From Candidatus Poribacteria bacterium (lineage in GTDB: Bacteria > Poribacteria > WGA-4E > WGA-3G): DNA of 64,000 bases. A model generated the notes under the pieces. That model saw only the letters and a list, made by a program, of their open reading frames with translations, ran no database searches and was not told where the DNA came from. Shown piece by piece: positions 8,790-17,900 of this stretch. Each line of letters starts with the position of its first letter. The stretch's first letter is position 1. The stretch lies in NCBI GenBank assembly GCA_028824125.1, contig JAPPES010000140.1, positions 29,359-93,358 of the forward strand, written 5' to 3'. A program made the translations under genes and the position numbers.

Positions 8790-9467
8790 ATGATAAAGAT
8801 AAAAAGACGTATTCTTGTGAGAATTATTATCTGTGCGCTACTGATTGGGGGTTTTGCGGTATTTGTGCGGGACTGGAGCGGTGTTCGACTTCTAATTCTT
8901 TCTCCAAAGATACTAAAGTATCGTCCAGTTATCCAGAAACATGCTGCGACACATCAGTTGGATTGGCGGTTGGTTACTGCCCTAATTGTCCAGGAATCTG
9001 GGTTTAACGAAAATGCCGTGAGTCCTGCCGGTGCAAAGGGATTGATGCAGCTGATGCCTAAAACTGCAAAAGAGCTTGGTGTTACCGATCCATTTGAAGC
9101 ACATGAAAGCATTGCTGGTGCGACGCGTTATCTGCGCAGTTTGTATGATCTCTATCCAGAGAGTTCACATCCGAATCGTGTGCGTATTGCCTTAGCCAGT
9201 TATAATGGAGGACGCGGGCATATCAAGGACGCGCAGAAAATTGCGGAACACCGTGAGGGTGAACCGCATCAATGGGAATCTATCAGGGCAAATCTTGGTC
9301 TACTCACAGAAAAGGATATAGAATTGCATAGCAAAGTGTGGGAAGCGGGTGTACCGCCGCACGGATATTTTAGAGGGTATCAAGAGACGCGTCAGTATGT
9401 AAAACGGGTGATGCGGTATTATGAGAGGCTGTGCTATTTTTCTGGTATTGTGAAGTGGGCAAAATAG
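8790..9467 (+). CDS. Lytic transglycosylase (SLT domain), membrane-anchored
   Basis: An N-terminal TM helix is present (ILVRIIICALLIGGFAVFV). The SLT catalytic block is VQESGFNENAVSPAGAKGLMQLMPKTAKELGV, followed by ALASYNGGRG. Confidence 0.85.
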   Translation: MIKIKRRILVRIIICALLIGGFAVFVRDWSGVRLLILSPKILKYRPVIQKHAATHQLDWRLVTALIVQESGFNENAVSPAGAKGLMQLMPKTAKELGVTDPFEAHESIAGATRYLRSLYDLYPESSHPNRVRIALASYNGGRGHIKDAQKIAEHREGEPHQWESIRANLGLLTEKDIELHSKVWEAGVPPHGYFRGYQETRQYVKRVMRYYERLCYFSGIVKWAK

Positions 9468-9508
9468 CAGAGATTAGAGATAGAAAACGGGATAATACCA
9501 AATTAACG

Positions 9509-9787
9509 CTATTCGTCTTGGTAGGTTAGGAAACCGCGTCTATCGGGGAATGTGAACATATTTTCGGATTTACTATAAAGTGAATTTCTATTTTGGACGT
9601 CCTGAATATTTTTCATAGATTCGGAATTCACTTTTTTGTCGAATGTCGTTTTCCGTCGAATTAGAACCCTTACGATATCGCCAAGTTGCCAAACTAACAA
9701 CCGCTTTCGCGCACGTTCTGTTACCTCTTCAAGAATCCCTTCCTCCTTGAGAAAATCCTCAAAGTTGTCACCTTCATATTTATTCAT
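9509..9787 (-). CDS. Hypothetical small protein; N-terminus resembles XRE-type antitoxins, rest unrecognisable (possible remnant)
   Basis: MNKYEGDNFEDFLKEEGILEEVTERARKRLLVWQL resembles the conserved N-terminus of ~100-aa HTH antitoxins. No HTH follows it. The 3' end reads through a family C-like repeat (9520-9544). Confidence 0.3.
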   Translation of the reverse strand: MNKYEGDNFEDFLKEEGILEEVTERARKRLLVWQLGDIVRVLIRRKTTFDKKVNSESMKNIQDVQNRNSLYSKSENMFTFPDRRGFLTYQDE

Positions 9788-9875
9788 ATTTTGTTCTCTC
9801 AATGTATGAATTATGGTTATGAAAAAGGCGAGGCACAGAGACCTCGCCCTATGTTAGAGGTGTCTGGGTTAAATG

Positions 9876-10649
9876 TCAAGAAGCCTCAACTGCCGTAAAA
9901 AAATCGGTATTTGATGCACTAAACCCATACTGCTGCTCTACCTCGCGAATTGCGATCTCTGTTGTGAACAGATTATCGTAAGTATCAGGGAACTCAACGC
10001 CTGTGGTGGCGTCGCGGAGCAGAATAATGTTATAGCCATACCGCGCCATAGAACGGATACCGTAATCCCTGCCTAAAACACACCAATTTGTAGCGAAGCC
10101 TGCAAAGATGAGATGTAAGATTTGCCGTTCCTCAAGCAGTTCATGCAATTGCTGTCCCGTTGCAATCACATAATCATCGTCTTGGACATCAATAGCCGGA
10201 GACATAGAGAGTTGCGATGCAAGTTTATCCCAATGGATGCCAATACCCGGCGGTTGACTGCGCGGTCCACGGTGGACAGCATAATCGCCTTCTCTGCCTC
10301 GGAAATCGGAGGGTGGCCAGGCAGAAGGTGTTGAGGGTTCAGGCGGTTTGTGCCGTTTGAGTTGCGGATACTGTGCCGCTACCGATGGCGAAGGGGCATG
10401 AACGATTGTCATGCCTACCTGTCGCGCCGCATCGATAACAGGCACAACGCAATCAACAGTCACCTGTTTAGCGCGTTCTATCCAAGTTTCAATGAAATGC
10501 ACGTTCCATAAATCAACGAGCACCAAAGCGGTTTCCGCAATTGGCAACGGCATTTCAAATTCACGGCGGATAAATGCAGTTTCACGGCACGGCACATCTG
10601 CTGGTGTGCTATCTTGAAAATAACGAACCCGCAAATTCAATGTTTTCAC
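9876..10649 (-). CDS. Isochorismatase-family cysteine hydrolase
   Basis: Motifs are ALVLVDLWNVH and ILHLIFAGFATNWCV (nucleophile Cys). The gene overlaps the upstream M16 gene stop by 4 nt. Confidence 0.75.
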   Translation of the reverse strand: MKTLNLRVRYFQDSTPADVPCRETAFIRREFEMPLPIAETALVLVDLWNVHFIETWIERAKQVTVDCVVPVIDAARQVGMTIVHAPSPSVAAQYPQLKRHKPPEPSTPSAWPPSDFRGREGDYAVHRGPRSQPPGIGIHWDKLASQLSMSPAIDVQDDDYVIATGQQLHELLEERQILHLIFAGFATNWCVLGRDYGIRSMARYGYNIILLRDATTGVEFPDTYDNLFTTEIAIREVEQQYGFSASNTDFFTAVEAS

Positions 10650-12793
10650 TCAGGCACCTCAAAAAGTGAGTCGTCAAGTTCAGTGTTTAATTTGACACTC
10701 TTGACACGATTATCGGTGTAAAGTTCGCCATTCACATTTTGCATAACGTGGAACGCGAATTGAACGCCCTCAACTTCGCGAAAATCAGAAAAGAAAGTTT
10801 CTTTGTCCATTGTCGCTCCCTGCTCTGTCTCGCGGAAGGCTAATTTAATGACATAGTGTGTCTCTTCACTGATGAAGATTTTGACCATTTCACCTGAAGG
10901 CTGCTTTACAAGCAAGGCAGATGCTGGTTTTCCATCCACTTCTTCTGTTCCTGCGTATTGAACCGGGACATCGTTTTGTGAAAGGTGGACCAGGAGCGGA
11001 ACTATGTCCCTGAAAGCTGCGTCTGTCAAGGAGGTTGTCATTTCAGGTGGTAAAGGTTGCGTGCCCGCAACGGACATGACAAAAGCAGCTTCACCATCAA
11101 ATACAATACTGATTTCGCCTTGTGGTGTAACGATATTTTGCCGCATTTTCTCCGGATAGACCTGATATAAGGCGACTTGCAAATCCATTGGTCCCATTGG
11201 CGTATGCGTGGTGGTTTGCATATCCGCAACAACATTTTTGACCGCTTTCAACTTCTCAATTCCACCGTGTGCCTCGACTGATGCAGCAAGGATTTCCTTC
11301 GCTTTTGCAACGTCAGTCTCACTCGCTTCAGGCATCGGTTCGGGGGGTGGAGGTGTCGGTTGCTTGATTTTAATCTCGTTGACTTCTCCGAATTCACGCA
11401 AAGGCCTGTCAAAGTTATCTTGATTTCCGACAGTGACAATCGTGAGTGCGTCAGGGTGAAGATACTTCTGCGCGACTGCCTGCACATCTTCCGCTGTGAC
11501 CTTCGCGATATTGTCTGTATAGGTTTCAAGGAAATCTGGTGCGAATCCGCGATACGCAAGCATCATCTGCTGAAATGCGATTTGAGAACTACTCTCAAAC
11601 CCAAAGACAAACGAATTGATGAGCGAATCTTTAGTACGCTGTAGTTCTTCCTCAGACACTGGGTTTTCTCTTAGGTCACGGACTATGCTGATAATGAGCG
11701 AAATTGCTTCGGCAGTTTTATCTGAACGTGTCTGTGAATAGGCGAACCACTCACCAGGATTTGAGTAGAGGCTCGTTTGCATGAGGCTTCCGACCATATA
11801 GGCGAGACCATGCTTTTCACGTACTTCTTTCATCAAGCGTGAGGTAAACCCGCCTTCTCCAAGAATATCATTCATGACGCGGAGGGCAAAGAAATCTGGG
11901 AAATCTGGGGTACGCTTAATGCCGAAATGTCCAATCAACATCGTAGTTTGTGGCAAATCTTTCATGATATAGTTGACAGAAGGTTTCGGTGCGTTTTCAA
12001 CATCAGAAATGTGTGGAAATTCTATTTTAGCGTTGTCCCATCCATCAAACGCCTTTTCAAGTTGTGCGATCAACGTTTCAGTCTCAAAATCGCCAGTAAT
12101 AGCAAGCATGATATTATCTGGCTGATAATATTTGGCATGGAATGCTTTGAGATCGTCTACTGTAATGCTCTCTACGTCTTCAATTTCAGAATACCAACCA
12201 AACGGGTGATTTGTACCATATAGAATAGCTGAAAAGTTCCGCCATGCCAATTGGATAGGATTATCATTTCTTCTGCGAATTGCTTCAATTGCTTGCTGTT
12301 TTCGGAGTTCAAGTTTATCCTCTCTGAAAGCAGGGTTTTGTAAAACATCTGCAAAGATTTCTAATCCTTTTTCAATATCCTCTGCCATCGTTGAAAGACT
12401 CACTCTCCCGTATTCGGGGGACATACCGACCTCAACAGAAGCAGCCATAGATTCAAGTTCCTCGTTCAATGCCTCTGGTTCACGGGACACTGTACCGCCG
12501 GTTCGCATGACACTTGCACAAATAGAGGCTAATCCCACCTTGTCACTTGAGTCGTAGATGGTCCCTGTTCTAACAAGTCCGCTGATGTCAAATACAGGTA
12601 ACTCGTGATCTTCAAGTAGGTATAAAACCATTCCATTAGAAAGTTCATGTCTTTCAGGCACAAGCGGTTTGAACTGAATAGGTTCATAAGTCAGTTCTTC
12701 ATGCGGTTTAGCATATAACGGCAGGCTGCCCGAAATGATAAAACAGGCAATAAAGACGGCTATAAAAAGTTTTTTCGCGATCTGTTTCTGCAT
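10646..12793 (-). CDS. M16-family peptidase, non-catalytic-type subunit with ~250-aa C-terminal extension
   Basis: A signal peptide is followed by a two-lobed M16 fold pattern with no HxxEH motif. After a Pro-rich linker (QPTPPPPEPMPE) comes an extra domain that looks LolA-like to me; that call is tentative. Confidence 0.75.
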   Translation of the reverse strand: MQKQIAKKLFIAVFIACFIISGSLPLYAKPHEELTYEPIQFKPLVPERHELSNGMVLYLLEDHELPVFDISGLVRTGTIYDSSDKVGLASICASVMRTGGTVSREPEALNEELESMAASVEVGMSPEYGRVSLSTMAEDIEKGLEIFADVLQNPAFREDKLELRKQQAIEAIRRRNDNPIQLAWRNFSAILYGTNHPFGWYSEIEDVESITVDDLKAFHAKYYQPDNIMLAITGDFETETLIAQLEKAFDGWDNAKIEFPHISDVENAPKPSVNYIMKDLPQTTMLIGHFGIKRTPDFPDFFALRVMNDILGEGGFTSRLMKEVREKHGLAYMVGSLMQTSLYSNPGEWFAYSQTRSDKTAEAISLIISIVRDLRENPVSEEELQRTKDSLINSFVFGFESSSQIAFQQMMLAYRGFAPDFLETYTDNIAKVTAEDVQAVAQKYLHPDALTIVTVGNQDNFDRPLREFGEVNEIKIKQPTPPPPEPMPEASETDVAKAKEILAASVEAHGGIEKLKAVKNVVADMQTTTHTPMGPMDLQVALYQVYPEKMRQNIVTPQGEISIVFDGEAAFVMSVAGTQPLPPEMTTSLTDAAFRDIVPLLVHLSQNDVPVQYAGTEEVDGKPASALLVKQPSGEMVKIFISEETHYVIKLAFRETEQGATMDKETFFSDFREVEGVQFAFHVMQNVNGELYTDNRVKSVKLNTELDDSLFEVPE

Positions 12794-14310
12794 TATTCAC
12801 TATCCTCCTCGTCGGTACTTTCAGATGCTACAGGTTCTTTCTTAACAAGTGTAGCGACGGTGCGGTTGCTCTTTTTAAAATAGGTCTGTGCAACTCTCAT
12901 GATGTCATCAGGTGTGATTTCATACATCTTTTTCCGCCAGTTGAGTATGTATCGCCAGTCGCCAGCAATGCCTTCATAAAAAGCGAGTTGGTTTGCCATT
13001 CCGGCGTTTGAACTTAGGGCGCGGATAAAGCCTGCATCTATCTGTTTAAGGATACGTTTAAATTCCTTTTCTGCAACGGGTTCCGTTTTCAGTTTTTCCA
13101 GTTGCGTATAAATTGCTTCCTCCACGTCAGCTGTTGTATGCGGTGAGCGAGGGGTAGCACTAACTACAAAGAGGTTATCGTAACGGGCACCGGGGTATCC
13201 GTTTATTGAATTAGCAGAAACCGCTATGCCCTCTTCAACGATGTTCTTGTAAAAACGGGATGTGCGTCCATCCGAGAGAATAGCACTGATCATGTCCAGC
13301 ACGTAATCGTCAAAATGTGGGATTGTCGGTTTATGGAATCCGATCATCATCTGTGGTTCAGCGTCAAATTCTACCTCAATTCTTCGTTCCCCTTCCTGCG
13401 CGGGTTCACGAACGGTGACCTCATCAGGGAGCGGTTGAGACGGAATATCACCAAAATATTTTTCAATGAGTTTGATAGTTTTCTCGACGTTAATATCTCC
13501 GACAATGACCATCACAGAGTTATTCGGCGCGTAGTGGATACGGAAGAATTCTTCTGCTTTTTTGCGGTTTAGCATCGCGATATCGGAGGGCCAACCGATG
13601 ATTGGCATTCCATAGGGATGCGCAGTGAAGGACGCAGCCATAAACTGCTCATATAGCTTGCCACCAGGGCGCGTATCCACAACCATCCGGCGTTCCTCTT
13701 TTACCGCTTCACGTTCAACATAAAATTCACGTAAAACAGCGTTCTTAAGCCTGTCTGATTCAAGCATTGCCCACAATTCTAATTTGTTTGATGGCAATTC
13801 CACCGTGTAAATCGTATAGTCAACAGAGGTGCCAGCGTTGAATCCGGTGCTGCCGTGTTGTGTATAGATTTCGGTGTATTCACCAGAGACAACCCATTCT
13901 TTTACGGCTTCTTGTTGTGTTTTGAGTGCCGCTTCTAATTCGGCAATTTTTTCTGCGTCTGCCCTTGCACCTTTTGCACGTTCCATGTCTAATGCGTCAC
14001 CAATTTTATCTATTTCGGCAAGCACAACTTTTTCTTTTTTATAGTCTTTGGTGCCGATTGTTTTCGTGCCTTTGAACAGCATGTGTTCAAGCATGTGTGC
14101 AATGCCACGTGCATCGTCAGATTCATCTACGGAACCCGCTTTAAAGAGGATGTACGGCGCGACGGTCGGTGAAGTGTGACGTTCAATCATCAATAGTTTT
14201 AAACCGTTAGGGAAAGTGTGTTCCACTACTCGGTCTGCAAGATTTTGGGCTGATGCTATTCCGTGTAACGTCACAAGGAACAGTATCAGCAGATAACGGA
14301 CCTGTTTCAT
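12793..14310 (-). CDS. M16-family zinc peptidase (catalytic subunit)
   Basis: The inverted zinc motif HMLEHMLFKGT (HxxEH) is present. Signal peptide: MKQVRYLLILFLVTLHGIASA. I chose the start at 14310 rather than the ORF-track 14343. The stop overlaps the downstream M16 start (TAATG). Confidence 0.9.
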   Translation of the reverse strand: MKQVRYLLILFLVTLHGIASAQNLADRVVEHTFPNGLKLLMIERHTSPTVAPYILFKAGSVDESDDARGIAHMLEHMLFKGTKTIGTKDYKKEKVVLAEIDKIGDALDMERAKGARADAEKIAELEAALKTQQEAVKEWVVSGEYTEIYTQHGSTGFNAGTSVDYTIYTVELPSNKLELWAMLESDRLKNAVLREFYVEREAVKEERRMVVDTRPGGKLYEQFMAASFTAHPYGMPIIGWPSDIAMLNRKKAEEFFRIHYAPNNSVMVIVGDINVEKTIKLIEKYFGDIPSQPLPDEVTVREPAQEGERRIEVEFDAEPQMMIGFHKPTIPHFDDYVLDMISAILSDGRTSRFYKNIVEEGIAVSANSINGYPGARYDNLFVVSATPRSPHTTADVEEAIYTQLEKLKTEPVAEKEFKRILKQIDAGFIRALSSNAGMANQLAFYEGIAGDWRYILNWRKKMYEITPDDIMRVAQTYFKKSNRTVATLVKKEPVASESTDEEDSE

Positions 14311-14452
14311 TTTTATATTACGGCATTTTGTCAATTGGTGCAAGGGACCAACAATGCCGTTCCTTTCTGATAGTTAATAAAAAACCTGAAGGCATCTCAT
14401 AAATTGAATTTACTATTTCACTATACTCAATCCAAGCCGAAAAATACTCCTA

Positions 14453-14492
14453 TAAATGTAAGAGGCGCAATAAATTGCGCGACTACAAACGC
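14453..14492 (+). repeat. Family A repeat copy
   Basis: The sequence taaatgtaagaggcgcaataaattgcgcgactacaaacgc differs from the 8691 copy at 1 of 40 positions by eye. Confidence 0.85.
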
Positions 14493-14589
14493 GGTAACCG
14501 CCAAGAAGTATATATGGATTCGATGTAAAATTAAAATTACAGATAAAATAGAAAGAAGCCCCGATTGCGTGAATCGGAGCTTGCTCATT

Positions 14590-14847
14590 TTATTCTTTCT
14601 GGAGGTCACTAAGTAAACCCACCAAAGCGAATCTGATGTGTGAGGAGAGAGCAGAATTCTCTGCACGGAGGTCAGCCCCTTCTTCATCCGGGTACATGAC
14701 ATGTGCTGCTACGGCGCGTTTGACCCACCGTTCCGCTCTGTCATCGTAAGGGATATATTTCTCTTTGGGTGCGGTGCAAGCTGGGCACTCGTCTGGCGGT
14801 TCATCCGCTTCTTTCCACAAATAACCACATGCAATACATACAAACAT
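14590..14847 (-). CDS. Small rubredoxin-like zinc-ribbon protein
   Basis: MFVCIACGYLW...PPDECPACTAPKEKY carries a CxxC...CxxC knuckle pair like the C-terminal domain of rubrerythrins. The remaining ~50 aa are uncharacterised. Confidence 0.5.
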   Translation of the reverse strand: MFVCIACGYLWKEADEPPDECPACTAPKEKYIPYDDRAERWVKRAVAAHVMYPDEEGADLRAENSALSSHIRFALVGLLSDLQKE

Positions 14848-14992
14848 TGTAAATTCCTTTCTTTTAAAAGCGCTCTGCGCGCGTCTACACTCAATAAGTA
14901 AGTCAAAATCTCCAATACTGCTATTTTAGCAAATTTCGTTTTGAGATGCAACGTTTAAACCTACACTTATTCTGAAACTCCGCTACTCAATC

Positions 14993-17900
14993 TTATTCGG
15001 TAGTTATCTCAGAAGGCAGATTTTCAATAATCTTCGTTGATTCCACACTCACATAAACAATTCGCTCAATTGCTGTGATGAGATCACGCGGGTTTTCAAA
15101 CCAACAATTTGCATCGTTGAGAATGCCGTTGTTCTTTTCTCGTGGCGTAATTTTATAACGATTGATAAACCATTCCAATGGTGTTCTACCGTTGACGACA
15201 TACCCATGTGCTTCTTCTGGGATACCTTCTATTTGCACGTGATCATTGATAAAAAGCACGCCTTTCGTGTTTTTATCTTTGTATTTCATCGGTTTTGTGC
15301 CTAATAGGAAATGCTCAGGTTTTTCTTCCCAAAATAGGTCCGGCTTACGTGGGGCAACTTTAAGGTTTGGATACCGTTCACAAGTTTCATAATTAAGATG
15401 GAGGTCTGCCAAATTATATCCTGCTTCAGCAAAGGCTGTGAAGTCTGGGGCATACGGGATGTGTGGTAGCATTTTTGATAAATCATTGGCAAACTGCTCC
15501 CGATAACTGGGGGCGTGCAGGATACCGTAAACGTAGTCAAAAATGTCGTCTTTTGTGATGGAGTCGTCGTTATAGTGTTCTCGGAAGGCGCGCAGTGCTG
15601 TATCTGATATGTTGTCGAAACGTATTTCGTATTCGTTGGATACGGAATATTGCCATCGGGAAAAACATTGTGTGCCCGCATCGTTAATATTGAGATCTGG
15701 TATTGTATCTGTCATAAGAGCAGAAAACGACTTTTTGCTTGAGATACCGGGAACACATATCACCCGATTTTTACTTGAACTATCTGGGAAAATTAGATCT
15801 TGTTGGTATTTACAATTTACAAATGTGTAGTCGTTATAACCATTCGTTTTAATATAAGGTCGGTACGCAACTTTTCTTATGTAACTTACATCGAATTCGG
15901 TTATTCTTCTCCGTCTTAGATTGTTCTCAAGTTCCCGATCCCACTGAACATTTGCTGTATGTTGGCGTGCTACTTCTCTTACATCAAGATCGGGATTTTC
16001 CTCAAGTTCAGATAGTGCATTGAGATAATCTTGTGTCATTCGCAGGGCATTCTCTGCACATGCATCACTTGAGAAATTATAGATATACTTGTCTCTGCTT
16101 GTTGCTAATCCTCTTGAATACAATACAAATACTGCGTCATCTGTTCTTCCTGCCTTCGCTTCTTTTGATCCCATTGGATAAAATTGTGTAAAAGCATCGC
16201 TACGTTGTTCTATCCAATCGTAATGTTTATTTGGGTTGATTATTTGCCAATCGTGGAAACCTGATATTGATTTAGCTTCGCTCAGTGAATTCAGTTTTTC
16301 CTTACGTTTAAGGGTATTGCCAATATCTCTGTAGTGGATGTGACACCTTTTGTGTATAGCGTTTGGGTTTTTGACAAGGATTGTGATAGCGACAGGTGAC
16401 TGCGTAGCACTACCAAAAACACCCTCTCCTTCTAACTTGCCCTGCTCACCGTATATTTTCGCATCACCTTTAAGGTTTAACACATAAATCGAATTAATCT
16501 CCTCTGCCAAGCATCCGCGTATTCCAGCGTCAACGTTTCCGGTAATCCATGTAGCAGGAGTAACAAATGCAACAATGCCTTGTTCTTTTGCTTCTTCATG
16601 CAGCCTGTCGGTTGCCCATCGAATTGCCATCTTGTATGTGTCGTAAAGACTATTCTTTAACGTCGCTGTCGTGCGCTCAGCGTAGGTTTCACTAATGCGA
16701 TTTTCAAGCTCAGGATATTCTACATTTTGGTTATCATCAGCAGAACTTCTCTGCTTTGCAGACCAAGGGGGATTGCCGATGATAACCTCTATCGGGAGAT
16801 TTTGTTGGCGTTCTATCCGTTTGTTGTTTTCTACCATCCGTTGTTCTTCAGGAAGGAGGGTATCTTGTTTAGGTTCCTCTCCTTTGTATTTATTAAGATT
16901 GAAGGTATCAGTCAGGACAATGCCCTCAAAAGGTTCATATCCTTTGTCTCCGTTGCGCTGTCCTCGGAATGCTTCTTCAATATTCACAGACGCGATATAG
17001 TAAGCAAGTAAGAGTATCTCGTTTGCATGGAGTTCCTTATGGTATTTTCGTTCGATATCTTCAGGTTGGATGAGTCCAGATTGTAGGAGTTGAACAAGAA
17101 AGGTACCAGTGCCGGTGAACGGGTCTAATATATGCACATTTTCATCAGAGATGCTTTGCCCAAATTCTTCTTTTAAAATGTCATTGACGCTGTGCAGGAT
17201 AAAGTCAACAAGGGGAGTCGGTGTGTATGCGATACCGAGTCTTTCTGCTTCTTTTTTCAATGCTTTTTTGAAAAACTGTTCATAGAGGTCTGATAGTACC
17301 TGTTGTCGTCCTTCGCTGCTTTTGACACCGCTGACACGGGTTTGGACACTATCATAGAAACCTTTCAATTCTCGAGTTTCAGTATCAAGCCCAAATTTTA
17401 CAAATCTCTTCTCCAAATTATTTAGTGCCTTTGCGACAGGATTACGAGATGAAAAATCATAGTCTTCAAAAAGTGCATCAAAGACTGGATGTGTTATCAT
17501 GTGCTGTGCGATCATATCAATGGCGTTTTCGCGCGTAATGGACGTGTTAATTGTCTTTTTCAATTCGGTATGGAAACGATCAAATCGTTTAGCCAACGTA
17601 GCGTTTTCAGGATCACCCAATAGATTTTCAATTCGGCTAACGATTCGGTCAAAAATTTCTGCGACCTCATTTGCCCAGTTTTCCCAGTATCTTTTGTCAC
17701 CACACTTATCAACGATTTTAGAGAGTATCGCCTCAACAGGAATATCAATTGGCATTAGTGGGAGTTGCTCACCAACCCAATTGGTGTCACTATCTCTTCT
17801 ACCGCCAATGACAATAGAATCAGGCAATTCTTTATTGAGGTCAATACTGTTGATTTTAGCATCAAATCTGTCATCGTGTGAACGTAAGGCGTTTAGAACA

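Noticed and set aside
8708-9007. 99-aa ORF upstream of and overlapping the lytic transglycosylase gene.
   Set aside because: It starts inside the family A repeat and overlaps the well-supported SLT gene in another frame. It has no recognisable motifs.
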